This document shows, piece by piece, positions 29,255 to 40,296 of a stretch of 64,000 nucleotides of DNA (within the stretch, counting starts at the first letter, position 1; the number at the start of each line of letters is the position of its first letter). Source of the DNA: an uncultured Nitrospiraceae bacterium (GTDB taxonomy: Bacteria > Nitrospirota > Thermodesulfovibrionia > Thermodesulfovibrionales > Dissulfurispiraceae); NCBI GenBank assembly GCA_963705105.1, contig CAVPIW010000006.1, forward strand, positions 736,001 through 800,000. The letters are read 5' to 3'. The notes under the pieces were generated by a model that was not told the DNA's origin, ran no database searches, and saw nothing but the letters and a program-made list of their open reading frames with translations. Position numbers and translations under genes: made by a program.

Positions 29255-30559
29255 ATGAGGTACGGAAAGCTTCTGCTGATCCTTCTCTGCTGCATTGCGC
29301 TGCCGCTGACGGCATTCGCAGCGCAGCACGAAAAGGGGAAAGCAAAAACAATCGATGAGCTTGTGAAGATGTACGATTCCAGCTCCTGCAAAGACTGCCA
29401 TGCCGAGATCTACGAGCAGTGGGACAAGTCTCTTCATGCGCGGTCCATCTTCGGACCGAAAGAGGTGGGAAGAACGGCGGCCACCTTTAAGACGACCATC
29501 GAGAACGGCCTGAAAGACTGGCCCCACTCCGGCGTCAAGAAACCTGAGGATGTGGGGATCAGACATCTCGAACTCTGTTCCAAATGCCATCTTCCGCAAC
29601 TTTTAAACGCTGAGGAGAGCGTGGCAAAGGAGATCGTCAAGAACATTTACGCCTTCGCCGATCAGGGGGACGAGAAGGCGGCGGCGACGCTCCAGTCCCT
29701 GAACATCAACTGCGTCATCTGCCACAACACGTACGCCATCACCCACAAGTGGACGGACGGCCCTGCTGAAAAAGGTGTCGTGTACGGGAGCAAGGACGGG
29801 GATCATCCCGCCCCCGGCTTCCCCAAGATGAAGACGAGCAAGATCATGAAGGAGTCGATCCTCTGCGGCCAGTGCCACGGCATGGGACCGAACTTCGATC
29901 TTGCGAACCCCACGCAGTGCGCCACGCTCTATGGTTCGTACATGTTCGCCTATGTCCCGGAAGGCGGGAGCGCGACCTGCCAGGAGTGCCACTTCCACAA
30001 ATCGAAGCTCGGCCACAACCTCCAGAGCTACCGCTCACCCGAAATGGCAAAGATGGCCCTCGATATCCACGTCGATGCACAGGCCTACCAGTGGCGTGAC
30101 GTTGTGACGACGACGCCGGCGGCCAACATCATCGTCGAGATTCACAACAAGGCGGGCCATGCCATTCCCGACGGCTGACCGACGCCGAACCGAGTGGTCC
30201 TGTATGTGACCGCAAAAACGAAAGACGGAAAAGAGTTCTTCAAGACCGAAAAGATCTACATGCCCATCCCGCAGCAGTTCGGGCGGGGTGACAGAATGGG
30301 CCGTGGGCCCTATGAGAAGAGCGGCATGACCCGCGACACGAGCCTCCCGCCCCTGAGGACGACGAGGGAGCAGATCTACATCCCCGTCTACAAGGAAGAG
30401 ACGAAAGACGGCAAGATGACGAGGACGATCATTGCCAATGACTTCGATGTGGACGTCGAAGTCTGGTACCTGCCCTACGGGAAGAAGAACGACCCGGGCA
30501 ATGCACAGATGTGGTTCAAAGAGACCAAGAATCTGAGCATCGCCAAGGGCGGCAAATAA
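29255..30559 (+). CDS. Pentaheme cytochrome c selenoprotein, ExtKL-like (Sec codon 30176-30178)
   Basis: Signal peptide; 5 CxxCH; GHAIPDG-TGA-PTPNRV in frame with ORF 30194..30559. Confidence 0.9.
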
Positions 30560-30621
30560 CGTAGCAGCAGCAGTCGCCCCGAGGTTGAGCAACCGCCTCA
30601 GTGTACTGTGATGCCCCACGA

Positions 30622-30651
30622 ACCGGGAGAGCACCGCGATGCTCTCCCGGT
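30622..30651 (+). terminator. Hairpin downstream of the cytochrome gene
   Basis: ACCGGGAGAGCA-ccgcga-TGCTCTCCCGGT. Confidence 0.55.
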
Positions 30652-30672
30652 CCTCAAAACCCCGTAACTGAA

Positions 30673-30883
30673 CCTTATCGTTGCAACAGGACATCCGGAA
30701 AGGCGGGGCGAAGATGCCGAAAAGCCTTGGTGCTGCGAAACCTATGCCTTCCCACACGGATAATTTCAGGCTGATGGTTGATGACACAGAGGGTGGAATC
30801 TCAATGTCCAATTTCAAACGATCATGCTCGCTATCAGCAAGGCCTTGAGGCACTTTGTCCCGCCTTTTCATGCAACGACAGTG
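30673..30883. mobile_element. MITE-like element
   Basis: CCTTATCGTTGCAA...CCCGCCTTTTCATGCAAC; similar to 59883-60094. Confidence 0.75.
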
Positions 30884-30938
30884 TAACACCTGCCCGCTGT
30901 CTTACAGCGACGGCGGGACACGACAAAAAGGGGATCCC

Positions 30939-32135
30939 ATGAGAAAGCTCTGTCTTTCCCTCTGCCTCATTCTGCTAATCATCCCTTGCGCCCTGAAAGC
31001 GGCTCCACAGATGGAGATGAAGCCGGCCGAAACCATCGACGAGCTGACGGCGAGGTTCAGCGACAGTCAGTGCAGAACCTGCCACGCCGCCATCTATGAT
31101 GAGTGGAAGGAATCGCTCCATTCCCAGGCCCTGATCCACTCTCTCGGCGGCATCAGGAATTTCATCGCCATCGGCATTCCCCAGGAGTGGCGCAGGGATG
31201 TCACGAAGTCGGACCTGATGAAGTGCTTCCACTGCCATGCGCCGCAGCTCTATGAAGCATCGGAGGCACTAGTCAAGAAGGTCGGGGACATGGTCGTCGG
31301 CGCCGTCGACGAGAAAGACCCTGTGAAGAAAGAAGGGTTCAGGAAAGAACTTGCACGACTGAACGTCAACTGTGTCGTCTGTCACAACACCGTCGTGCAC
31401 AGGCCGTCCATGGGGTGGTACGGCCCGCCTGAAAAAGGAGTAATTTACGGCACCAGGGGTGCGCAGGCGCCCCACAAGACCGCCCTCTCAGCAACCATGA
31501 AATCGTCCCTCTTCTGCGGACAGTGCCACGGCACCTACAACCCTCCCGACAGCGACACCGTTTTCTGCAACACCCTCCACGAGAGTTACCTCAACGCCTA
31601 TCTCCCGAACGGAGGCCAGAAGGTCTGCCAGGACTGCCACATGCGGGAAAAGAAAAGGGGACACCGGTTCCCGGGAGCCTATGAAGCGGACATCCTTCGT
31701 GACGGCCTCGACTTCGAGGCTGAAGTGACACGGTATAACCACATTGTGGGGAAGGAATGGAAGCCGCGGATCGTTGCAACGGTGAATATCTACAACAAGT
31801 CGGGGCACCGCACGCCCGACGGTTGAGCGTGGACATCGAAAGTGGTCCTGGACGTGACCGCGAAAAACCAGGGAGGAGAGAACATCTTCTCGGCACAGAG
31901 AGATTACATCCAGTACGGTCAGGATATCGACGGCGACCTCAGGTACGGCGCATGGCAGATCAAGAAGTTCTCGGATTTCACCCTGCAGCCCCTGCAGGTG
32001 AAGAAGGAGCACTTCATTTTTGCCGTTCCCGACGGGACACAGAGCGTCGAAGTCGAGATCACACTGAAGTACGTTCATCCCGGCCCCAAGATCGAGATCC
32101 CCATTCACGGGACTGTGAGGAAATTCACTTTCTGA
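30939..32135 (+). CDS. Second pentaheme cytochrome c selenoprotein paralog (Sec codon 31824-31826)
   Basis: Signal peptide; 5 CxxCH; GHRTPDG-TGA-AWTSKV in frame with ORF 31842..32135. Confidence 0.88.
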
Positions 32136-32166
32136 GGAAACAGGGGTCTACACATTTGACATTTAG

Positions 32167-32737
32167 CCTTATCGTTGCAGACCCCCCGGAGAGGCGGGGT
32201 GAAGATGCCACTGGAAAAGTCACTAAGTCATTAAGTTATTGAGTCATTACCGGCAGTCGGAACAACGCAGGGAGCACTCGGGCGGGAAGGCTGATGTGGT
32301 GAAAAGCCTTTCCGCTAAGATACCTTATCTATCCCCAGACAACCCTTTGCCGTGTCCATTGATACCACAAGCCCGTCAGGCAACAGGCGCTGAACACTTG
32401 GAGATGAAAGCATTCCATCATACGCCCGACCGGAAAGGCGGGGTGAATGCGCCGAAAAGCATCGGTGCTGCGAAACCGCTGCCGTCCCGTGAAGAGCATT
32501 GAAGCACAACTGTCGATGATACAAAGGATGAAATGTTTAAAATCCAATAATAAATAATCATGCTCGCTATCAGCGAGGCTTTGAGGCGCTTCGCCCCGCC
32601 TTTCGGTGCATCTGCCAAAATGGTCCTCATCATGGCATTGGAAAGGGTTTGAACCATATTTGCCTTCCCGGAGACCGCGGTTGTGACACCGACACTGACA
32701 CTTTTTTCAGAGCCCTTCGCCGCGCCGTTTCATGCAC
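32167..32737. mobile_element. Composite MITE-like element
   Basis: CCTTATCGTTGCA left end; modules shared with 24982-25574 and 45067-45425. Confidence 0.7.
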
Positions 32738-32747
32738 TTCTATCTCG

Positions 32748-33515
32748 TCATTCTTTGAGCAGCGTCTCGGCAATTTTCGCGAACTCTCTGATGCTCAGGG
32801 TCTCGGCCCTTCTCATCGGGTCGACGCCCGCATCCCGGAGCACCTTCCTTACATCTCCGAAAAGGGGCTTAAGGGCGTTGGCGAGGGTCTTCCTCCTTTG
32901 GGAGAAGGCCGCCCTGACAACCCTGAAGAAGTGCCTCTCATCCGTCACCCGGACAGGAGGCTCACTCAGCAGGTCGATGCGGATGACGGCGGAATCGACC
33001 TCGGGGACAGGTCTGAAGGAGCCTGCAGGAATAATGAACTTCAGTTCAGCCTTCCCCCTGAACTGGACCGCCACGGAGAGCACGCCGTAGGTCTTCGAGC
33101 CCGGACCCGCGACGATCCTCAGGCCGACTTCCTTCTGGACCGTGAGGGTCATCGACCGGAGCGATGCCCGTGCATCGAGGAGACGGAACAGGATCGGCGT
33201 CGTTATGTAATAGGGAATGTTCGCCACGACCTTGAAGGGTCCCAGTTCTTCATAGGGATATGCGAGGGCGTCCCCCAGAATAAGCTGGACGTTGTCGTAT
33301 TCCTGCACACTTTCCCGGGCCTTTTCGTAGAGATCCTCATCAATCTCGATGGCGATCACGCGACCGGCAGCCCCGGCGAGCACGGCCGTCATCCTGCCTA
33401 GCCCCGGCCCGATCTCGACGACCGTATCGTCGGGCCCGATGTCCGCGGCGTCGACGATCTTCCTCAGGATGACGGGGTCGAGAAGAAAGTGCTGTCCCAG
33501 TTTTTTTCCTGCCAT
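32748..33515 (-). CDS. rsmA: 16S rRNA adenine dimethyltransferase
   Basis: LGQHFL, VEIGPGLG, VANIPYYITTP, FSQRRKTL. Confidence 0.97.
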   Translation of the reverse strand: MAGKKLGQHFLLDPVILRKIVDAADIGPDDTVVEIGPGLGRMTAVLAGAAGRVIAIEIDEDLYEKARESVQEYDNVQLILGDALAYPYEELGPFKVVANIPYYITTPILFRLLDARASLRSMTLTVQKEVGLRIVAGPGSKTYGVLSVAVQFRGKAELKFIIPAGSFRPVPEVDSAVIRIDLLSEPPVRVTDERHFFRVVRAAFSQRRKTLANALKPLFGDVRKVLRDAGVDPMRRAETLSIREFAKIAETLLKE

Positions 33516-33562
33516 TGATCAAGCCCTCTTTCCTGTGACACTTTCGTTCATGATTGTCTTAT

Positions 33563-33758
33563 CCTTTCACATGAAAAGGCGGGGCGAAGCACTCTGAAAA
33601 CAGTGTCAGTGTGAGTGTCAGTGTCGGAAAAGATGTCCAATTCTCCTGACATCCGCTTATGCCTCGCCTTCCGTAATGATACAGGTGTCGCCGCAGCAAG
33701 GTTTTCGGCGCATTCACCCCAACCCCGCCTTTCCCGGGAGTGTATTGCAACGATAAGG
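33563..33758. mobile_element. MITE-like element, TSD TTAT
   Basis: TTAT at 33559-33562 and 33759-33762; CCTT...AAGG ends. Confidence 0.8.
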
Positions 33759-33920
33759 TTATGATACGCCATTCGACGAATCGAGGCAAACAGGACGGAA
33801 GTCCACCGGTCTGCGACAGGTCAACAGGGGTCCGTGCCGTCGGCGGTGCTCGTCGTCAGGTCCTGACCTGCCCCGGCAAAGCTTGCACAAACAGTCCAAC
33901 CTTTTTTAGTATAAAAAGTT

Positions 33921-36590
33921 ATGGTTGGATTTCTGCAGAAGATCTTCGGCACGAAGAATGAGCGTGAGCTGAAGAGGCTCCTCGGCGAAACGGACAGGAT
34001 CAATGTCTTCGAACCTTCCGTTGCGGCGCTGAGCGATGACGGGCTCAGGTCGAAGACCGAAGAGTTCAAAAACGCCCTCGCCTCGGGTAAGTCGCTCGAC
34101 GATATCCTCCCCGAGGCCTTTGCCGTCGTCCGCGAGGTCTCCAAAAGAGTGCTTTCGATGCGGCATTTCGACGTCCAGCTCATCGGCGGCCTGGTGCTCC
34201 ACGAGGGCAGGATCGCCGAAATGAAGACCGGTGAGGGAAAGACCCTCGTGGCGACGCTGCCTGTCTACCTGAACGCCCTTGACGGCAAGGGCGTCCATGT
34301 CGTCACCGTCAACGATTACCTCGCCAAGAGGGATGCCCAGTGGATGGGACCGATCTATCATTTCCTCGGTCTCACCGTCGGCGTCATCCAGCACGACAGT
34401 TCCCTGCTCTATGATCCTTCTTACGTGGTGGCGGACAAGCGGTTCCTGAACCTCCGCTCCTGCTCGAGGCAGGAGGCCTACCGCGCCGACATCACATATG
34501 GGACGAACAATGAGTTCGGTTTCGACTATCTCCGTGACAATATGAAGTACGACATATCGGACTATTGTCAGCGGGAACTGAACTATGCCATTGTCGACGA
34601 GGTCGACAGCATCCTCATCGACGAAGCGAGGACGCCTCTTATCATTTCCGGCCCTTCCGAGGAATCGACGGACAAATATTACAAGGTCAACAAGGTCATC
34701 CCGAACCTGAAAAACGAGGCGGACTTCAAGCTCGACGAAAAGCTCAAGACCTCCATCCTGACCGAAGAGGGCAACGTGAAGGTCGAGAGGTTTCTCGGTT
34801 TGGGCAACCTCTACGACCCGGCGAATATCGAGCTCGTCCACCATGTCCTCCAGGGGTTGCGGGCCCACCACCTCTTCAAGAAGGACGTCGACTACGTCGT
34901 GAAGGACGGAGAAGTCATCATTGTCGACGAGTTTACGGGCAGGCTCATGCCGGGCAGGCGCTGGAGCGACGGTCTGCACCAGGCCATCGAGGCGAAGGAG
35001 AACGTGAAGATCGCCTCTGAAAATCAGACTCTTGCAACGATCACTTTCCAGAATTACTTCAGGATGTACAACAAGCTCGCCGGCATGACAGGCACCGCCG
35101 ACACGGAAGCCGCCGAGTTTGCCGAGATATACAACCTCGATGTCGTCGTCATCCCGACGAACAAGCCGATGATTCGTGACGACCGCGCCGATATGGTCTA
35201 CAAGTCGGAGCGGGGCAAGTTCAACGCCGTCATCGAGGAGATCGAACAATGCAACGCAAAAGGACAGCCCGTCCTCGTCGGAACAACGTCCATCGAGAAG
35301 TCCGAGGTCCTCAGCTCTCTCCTTAAGAGAAAGGGGATCAAACACTCCGTTCTGAACGCGAAGTATCATGAGAAGGAGGCCGAGATCGTCGCCCAGGCGG
35401 GAAGGTTCGCTGCCGTCATGATCGCGACGAACATGGCCGGCCGCGGAACGGACATCGTCCTCGGCGGAAATCAGGCCGGTCTCGCGGGGGATTTTCTCAG
35501 GGATAAACCTGACTACACCGAGGAGGAGTTCTCCCAGGCCCTCGAAAAGGCCAAGACCATCTGTGAGAGGGAGCGCGAAGAGGTCGTCGGCGCCGGAGGT
35601 CTCCATATCATCGGCACGGAGCGGCATGAATCAAGACGGATTGACAACCAGCTCCGGGGCCGCTCGGGCAGGCAGGGCGATCCGGGCTCGTCACGGTTCT
35701 ATCTCTCTCTCGAAGACGACCTCATGAGGATCTTCGGATCCGACAAAATCAACAGCCTGATGACCATGCTCAAGATGGAAGAGGACATCCCCATCGAGAA
35801 CAAGATGGTGACGAAGGCGATCGAGAACGCCCAGAAACGCGTGGAGACCCACAACTTCGAGATCAGGAAACACCTCCTCCAGTATGACGACGTGATGAAC
35901 AAGCAGAGGTCCGAGATCTATACCTTCCGCCGTGAGGTGCTCGGGAGCGAATCGATGCAGGAGCGGGTCCTGGAGATGATCGAGGACGAGATCGACGGCC
36001 TTCTGTCGGTCTACTGCCCCGAAGAGGTGATCCCCGACGAGTGGGACCTCAAAGGGCTCGGGGACGCTCTGTTCGGTACCTTTGCGGTCAAGCTGGACGT
36101 TCAGGGCGCGCGCAACCGCGACACCCTGAGTGAGATGATCACTGTCGCCGTCAGGGAAGCCTATGAAGCCAAAGAGCGGGAGGCCGGCGGCGATGTCATG
36201 CGCTATCTCGAAAGGATGGTCCTCCTGCAGGTCATCGATACCCAGTGGAAAGACCACCTCCTCGGCATCGACCATGTCAAGGAGGGCGTGGGGCTGCGCG
36301 GCTATGCCCAGAAAGATCCCCTCATCGAATACAAGAAAGAGGCCTTCGACCTCTTTGCCGACATGTCGGACCGGATCACCTCGGAGACGCTCATGAGGCT
36401 CTTCAAGATCCAGATCAGGAAAGAGGAGCCGGAGATGCAGCCGACACCGCAGCAGCGCCTCTCCCTCAACCGTGCCGGCGGAGGGGACGGCCCCCGCCAG
36501 GCGGAGCGGAAGGAAAAGAAGATCGGCAGAAACGATCCCTGCCCCTGCGGCAGCGGGAAGAAGTACAAGAAGTGCTGCGGGGCGAAATAA
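33921..36590 (+). CDS. secA: Preprotein translocase ATPase SecA
   Basis: [35 protein letters not shown] tail [13 protein letters not shown]. Confidence 0.99.
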   Translation: MVGFLQKIFGTKNERELKRLLGETDRINVFEPSVAALSDDGLRSKTEEFKNALASGKSLDDILPEAFAVVREVSKRVLSMRHFDVQLIGGLVLHEGRIAEMKTGEGKTLVATLPVYLNALDGKGVHVVTVNDYLAKRDAQWMGPIYHFLGLTVGVIQHDSSLLYDPSYVVADKRFLNLRSCSRQEAYRADITYGTNNEFGFDYLRDNMKYDISDYCQRELNYAIVDEVDSILIDEARTPLIISGPSEESTDKYYKVNKVIPNLKNEADFKLDEKLKTSILTEEGNVKVERFLGLGNLYDPANIELVHHVLQGLRAHHLFKKDVDYVVKDGEVIIVDEFTGRLMPGRRWSDGLHQAIEAKENVKIASENQTLATITFQNYFRMYNKLAGMTGTADTEAAEFAEIYNLDVVVIPTNKPMIRDDRADMVYKSERGKFNAVIEEIEQCNAKGQPVLVGTTSIEKSEVLSSLLKRKGIKHSVLNAKYHEKEAEIVAQAGRFAAVMIATNMAGRGTDIVLGGNQAGLAGDFLRDKPDYTEEEFSQALEKAKTICEREREEVVGAGGLHIIGTERHESRRIDNQLRGRSGRQGDPGSSRFYLSLEDDLMRIFGSDKINSLMTMLKMEEDIPIENKMVTKAIENAQKRVETHNFEIRKHLLQYDDVMNKQRSEIYTFRREVLGSESMQERVLEMIEDEIDGLLSVYCPEEVIPDEWDLKGLGDALFGTFAVKLDVQGARNRDTLSEMITVAVREAYEAKEREAGGDVMRYLERMVLLQVIDTQWKDHLLGIDHVKEGVGLRGYAQKDPLIEYKKEAFDLFADMSDRITSETLMRLFKIQIRKEEPEMQPTPQQRLSLNRAGGGDGPRQAERKEKKIGRNDPCPCGSGKKYKKCCGAK

Positions 36591-37101
36591 GACCTGAAAG
36601 GCAGTAGTCTGCAGTCAGTAGGCAGTAAACAGTAATCAGCAGTCGACAGCCCGCCGGAAAAACAAAAAACCTCTTCGTGCACCACCCGCGCCCAAAATAA
36701 TCTGACACGACGATAGGGCATGATTTCTCCGTAAAATAAACAACATCATACTCTTGTGCATGTCTTGCTATGAACATAGACGTTCTTACAGTCCACCTGC
36801 GGATCTCCCGCTCCGCCTTCCGCCTTCGACTCCCGCCGCCGTGAAGCTTACCCGTGAATTTCCCTTCAGAAAAGGCATGCGCGGTCCGGCGCAAGATCGC
36901 GTACTTGACAGAGCCGGCGAATCGAAGTAGGTTTATATAAAAAGTATTTATTTATAAGGAAAGCCCTCCCTGAGGTGCGAGCAACCCTTCCGGGCGCATT
37001 ATCTGCAGGCCTGGAGTGATTTGTGCTTCTCCGGGCGTCTTTCGATCGATAGTAATAACGGCTCAATCCAAACCGCATCATATGAGGTAGAGGAGGAGAA
37101 G

Positions 37102-39186
37102 ATGAGACGAAGTGCGATTCTCTGCGTGGTTGTTCTCTTGGCCGCAGCGGCTTATGCCACAAGCGCGTTCGCCGTTCCAGCTTATTTGACTGCATTGAAC
37201 GGCAAGTATGGATCGGCATACGACTGTACGGTATGTCACGGCCCCGGCGGCTCCCCTTTTACTCAGTACGGTGCTGCCTTTGATGCAGTGCCAACCCATG
37301 GGTCGAATCCCGCGGGGGCTCTGACGACGATAGATCCCCAGGATTCGGATGGAGACGGATTCCAGAATGGAGTTGAGCTCGCGGCAGGGACCCTGCCCGG
37401 CGATCCCAACAGCAAACCAGCGCCTCCCGTTGACTCGACGGCCCCGACGGTTACATCGTTTACAATACCTGCCGCCTCAAGCTCGCTCACGATCCCCATC
37501 CAGTCCTTTGCGGCAAACGATGCTGTCGGCGTCACAGGCTACATGGTGACGGAAAGCAGCGTTGCTCCCGCTGCGGCGGACACCCGCTGGAATGCCACTG
37601 CTCCCACAAGCTTTGTTGCGAGCGCACCAGGGCCTGTTACCCTCTTTGCCTGGGCAAAGGATGCAACCGGCAACGTGTCGGCGCCTCTGAGTTCGACGGT
37701 CACGATTACCCTGCCACCCACCGGTGACACGCAAGCCCCGACGGTCCCCGGTGGCCTGACAGCCTCGGCAACATCGGGTGCCATCAGCCTCACCTGGTCC
37801 GAATCGGTTGATGACGTGGGAGTCTCCGGATATCTCATCTTCAGGAACGGGACACAGTATGCCTCCACGGTGACATCAACGAACTTCATCGATACCGCGG
37901 TAGCAGCTGCCACGACGTATGCCTATACGGTCAGGGCGACTGACGCCGCCGGGAACATTTCAGCGGTCAGCAACTCCGTCACCGTCACAACACCTGCTGC
38001 AGGGGGCAACAGCATACCGCTTCCAACGGGTGGACAGGTCTTCTCCTCCCTCCCCGTGGACGCGCCGGTCCTGAGTCTCGACCCGGGGCAGGTCCTTCCC
38101 ATGGGCCTCGGCGCTTATGCCAATGGGGGCGACACAGTCGCAATAGTCATAGGGCTGGCTGCCTTCAGCGGGCCCGCCGACATCTATCTGGGCCTGTCAG
38201 CTCCTACCTTGAGCCCCGAGCTCTTCATCCTGAACTCGTCGGGCTTTTTTCAGCCGCTTTCGGCCGGCCTGGTGCCCTGGAAGGACAACATGCAGCCTGC
38301 ACCGCTGAACGTGACACTCCTGCCTGAGCTGCCGATGGCTTCTGTGCCGCCCGGGCGATACACGTTGTTTCTCGTTGTAACACCCGCAGGGAGTACGAGT
38401 GGCTTCTACCTCTGGGATACGGCCTTCACGGTCGACGTTCCCTGGCAGACTTCACTCAGCGGCGCAGAGATGGTGCCGCCCGTAGCTACCACTGGAACCG
38501 GAGTCGCGAACTTCGGCGTGGACCCTGCCACCGGAGGGCTCGCCGGTACGCTCGTCTTCTCAGGGTTGAGCAGTGCTGCAACCCAGGCCCATATTCATCA
38601 GGGCGCCGCCGGAACAAACGGCGATGTTATCGTGACCCTGGCAGGCGGCGCGGGGTCACCGTCGGGCGTCTGGACCGTCCCGCCGGGCGCTGCGCTCACC
38701 CCGGGGCAACTCGCGGCCCTGCAGAGCGGCGGTCTGTATTTTGTTGTCCACAGTACAGCGAACCCGTCCGGAGAGATTCGCGGCCAGATCACCTATCCGG
38801 TTGTCAGTATTGAAGAGACACTGAGCGGTGCTGAGGCGGTCCCTCCTGTCACAACGACAGGCTCGGCCACTGCCAGTCTGACCGTGAACATCGACACCGG
38901 TGAGGTCAGCGGCATCGTGAGTTTTGCCAACCTGTCAGGCAACGCCACGGGCTGCCACATTCACCTTGGTTCCCACGGGAGCCCCGGCCCTATAGTGGTC
39001 GATTTCGAGGGTGGAGACGGAGCCAGGACCGGGACGTACCGAGTGCCGGTGGGTGCGACCCTGACGAATGAGCAGCTCGCCGACCTGGCATCGAACAACA
39101 CATACCTGGTGATTCACTCTCTCACAAACCCGAACGGCGAAATCGTCGGACAGATCACCTACCCTGCCGGAGCACCTCGTCCGTAG
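37102..39186 (+). CDS. Secreted monoheme cytochrome c / FN3 / tandem CHRD domain protein
   Basis: Signal peptide; CTVCH; DSDGDG; FN3 (YAYTVRATDAAGN); two CHRD domains (AHIH/CHIH...GEIxGQ). Confidence 0.8.
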   Translation: MRRSAILCVVVLLAAAAYATSAFAVPAYLTALNGKYGSAYDCTVCHGPGGSPFTQYGAAFDAVPTHGSNPAGALTTIDPQDSDGDGFQNGVELAAGTLPGDPNSKPAPPVDSTAPTVTSFTIPAASSSLTIPIQSFAANDAVGVTGYMVTESSVAPAAADTRWNATAPTSFVASAPGPVTLFAWAKDATGNVSAPLSSTVTITLPPTGDTQAPTVPGGLTASATSGAISLTWSESVDDVGVSGYLIFRNGTQYASTVTSTNFIDTAVAAATTYAYTVRATDAAGNISAVSNSVTVTTPAAGGNSIPLPTGGQVFSSLPVDAPVLSLDPGQVLPMGLGAYANGGDTVAIVIGLAAFSGPADIYLGLSAPTLSPELFILNSSGFFQPLSAGLVPWKDNMQPAPLNVTLLPELPMASVPPGRYTLFLVVTPAGSTSGFYLWDTAFTVDVPWQTSLSGAEMVPPVATTGTGVANFGVDPATGGLAGTLVFSGLSSAATQAHIHQGAAGTNGDVIVTLAGGAGSPSGVWTVPPGAALTPGQLAALQSGGLYFVVHSTANPSGEIRGQITYPVVSIEETLSGAEAVPPVTTTGSATASLTVNIDTGEVSGIVSFANLSGNATGCHIHLGSHGSPGPIVVDFEGGDGARTGTYRVPVGATLTNEQLADLASNNTYLVIHSLTNPNGEIVGQITYPAGAPRP

Positions 39187-39210
39187 GGTATCCGTCGAAA
39201 GACCGCAGTC

Positions 39211-39250
39211 GGCGGGCCCTCCGGGAACGTTTCCTCCCGGAGGGCCCGCC
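39211..39250 (+). terminator. GC-rich hairpin
   Basis: GGCGGGCCCTCCGGGA...TCCCGGAGGGCCCGCC. Confidence 0.6.
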
Positions 39251-39387
39251 TTCATACTCCCGCTATCCTCTTTCAACCTCTCGTCTGGGCACACACAATA
39301 ATGTTTCGGGGAATTGGACCTGGCTACTAGTCGCGGGATGCATGCCCCGACTTTCCGAGAAGCCCCCTCTTTTGATACAATTCCCGG

Positions 39388-40290
39388 ATGCTCCTGCAAC
39401 AGCTCATCAACGGACTCACTCTCGGATGCGTCTATGCGATCATCGCCCTTGGCTACACCATGGTATACGGCATTCTCGAACTCATCAACTTCGCCCACGG
39501 CGAGATATACATGCTCGGCGCCTATCTCGGCATTATTATTTTCGGCTTTCTGACCGCTGCAGGCGTCACGGCGGCGAGCCTCCCCCTTGCCCTGGCGGGA
39601 ACGATCGTTCTCTCGGTCCTGTTCTGCTCAGCCTATGGCTTCACTATGGAAAAACTGGCATACAAGCCTCTGAGAAACGCACCGAGGCTCTGCCCCCTGA
39701 TCAGCGCTATCGGCATCTCCATCTTTCTCCAGAACTACGTCATGCTTACCCAGGGAGCGACCGACCAGGTCTTCCCCTATCGTTTCGGAGAGGCGGGATT
39801 TCACTTTCTGAACATCCACGTCACATACCTCCAGGCGATGATCATCGTTGTGTCGGCAATGCTCATGTTTCTCCTGCGCATGTTCATCAACACGACGCGC
39901 CTCGGCAAAGCCATGAGGGCGACTGCGCAGGACAAGACCATGGCAGCCCTCGTGGGCATCAATGTGAACGGCATCATCTCCGTCACCTTCGTCATCGGAG
40001 CGGGGCTCGCCGCCGTTGCGGGGGTGATGATCGCCTCATACTACGGGGTGATCAACTATTTCATCGGCTACATCGCAGGCATCAAGGCATTCACCGCCGC
40101 CGTCCTGGGAGGGATCGGCAGCATCCGCGGGGCCATGGTCGGCGGCGTGATCCTCGGCATGGCCGAGAGCCTCGGCGCCGCTTATGTGTCGAGCGAATAC
40201 AAGGATGCCTTCGCCTTCATCCTCCTCATCCTTTTCCTGCTCATCAGGCCTGCCGGCATCTTCGGCAGGGAGATCGCCGAGAAGGTCTGA
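39388..40290 (+). CDS. livH: Branched-chain amino acid ABC permease
   Basis: QQLINGLTLG, INFAHGE, KAFTAAVLGGIG. Confidence 0.95.
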   Translation: MLLQQLINGLTLGCVYAIIALGYTMVYGILELINFAHGEIYMLGAYLGIIIFGFLTAAGVTAASLPLALAGTIVLSVLFCSAYGFTMEKLAYKPLRNAPRLCPLISAIGISIFLQNYVMLTQGATDQVFPYRFGEAGFHFLNIHVTYLQAMIIVVSAMLMFLLRMFINTTRLGKAMRATAQDKTMAALVGINVNGIISVTFVIGAGLAAVAGVMIASYYGVINYFIGYIAGIKAFTAAVLGGIGSIRGAMVGGVILGMAESLGAAYVSSEYKDAFAFILLILFLLIRPAGIFGREIAEKV

Positions 40291-40296
40291 TCCGTG

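Noticed and set aside
33775..33880. Possible riboswitch or SRP RNA between rsmA and secA
   Set aside because: It has hairpin potential but no match to c-di-GMP or SRP consensus that I can support
33906..35627. 573-aa ORF antisense to secA
   Set aside because: Shadow ORF arising from codon bias
36601..36649. CAGTA/CAGT low-complexity tract after secA
   Set aside because: Short degenerate repeat with no assignable structure or function
40288..40296. livH TGA is in frame with livM (possible Sec fusion)
   Set aside because: LivH ends at its normal EKV terminus, livM has its own start, and there is no Cys/redox context; likely coincidence
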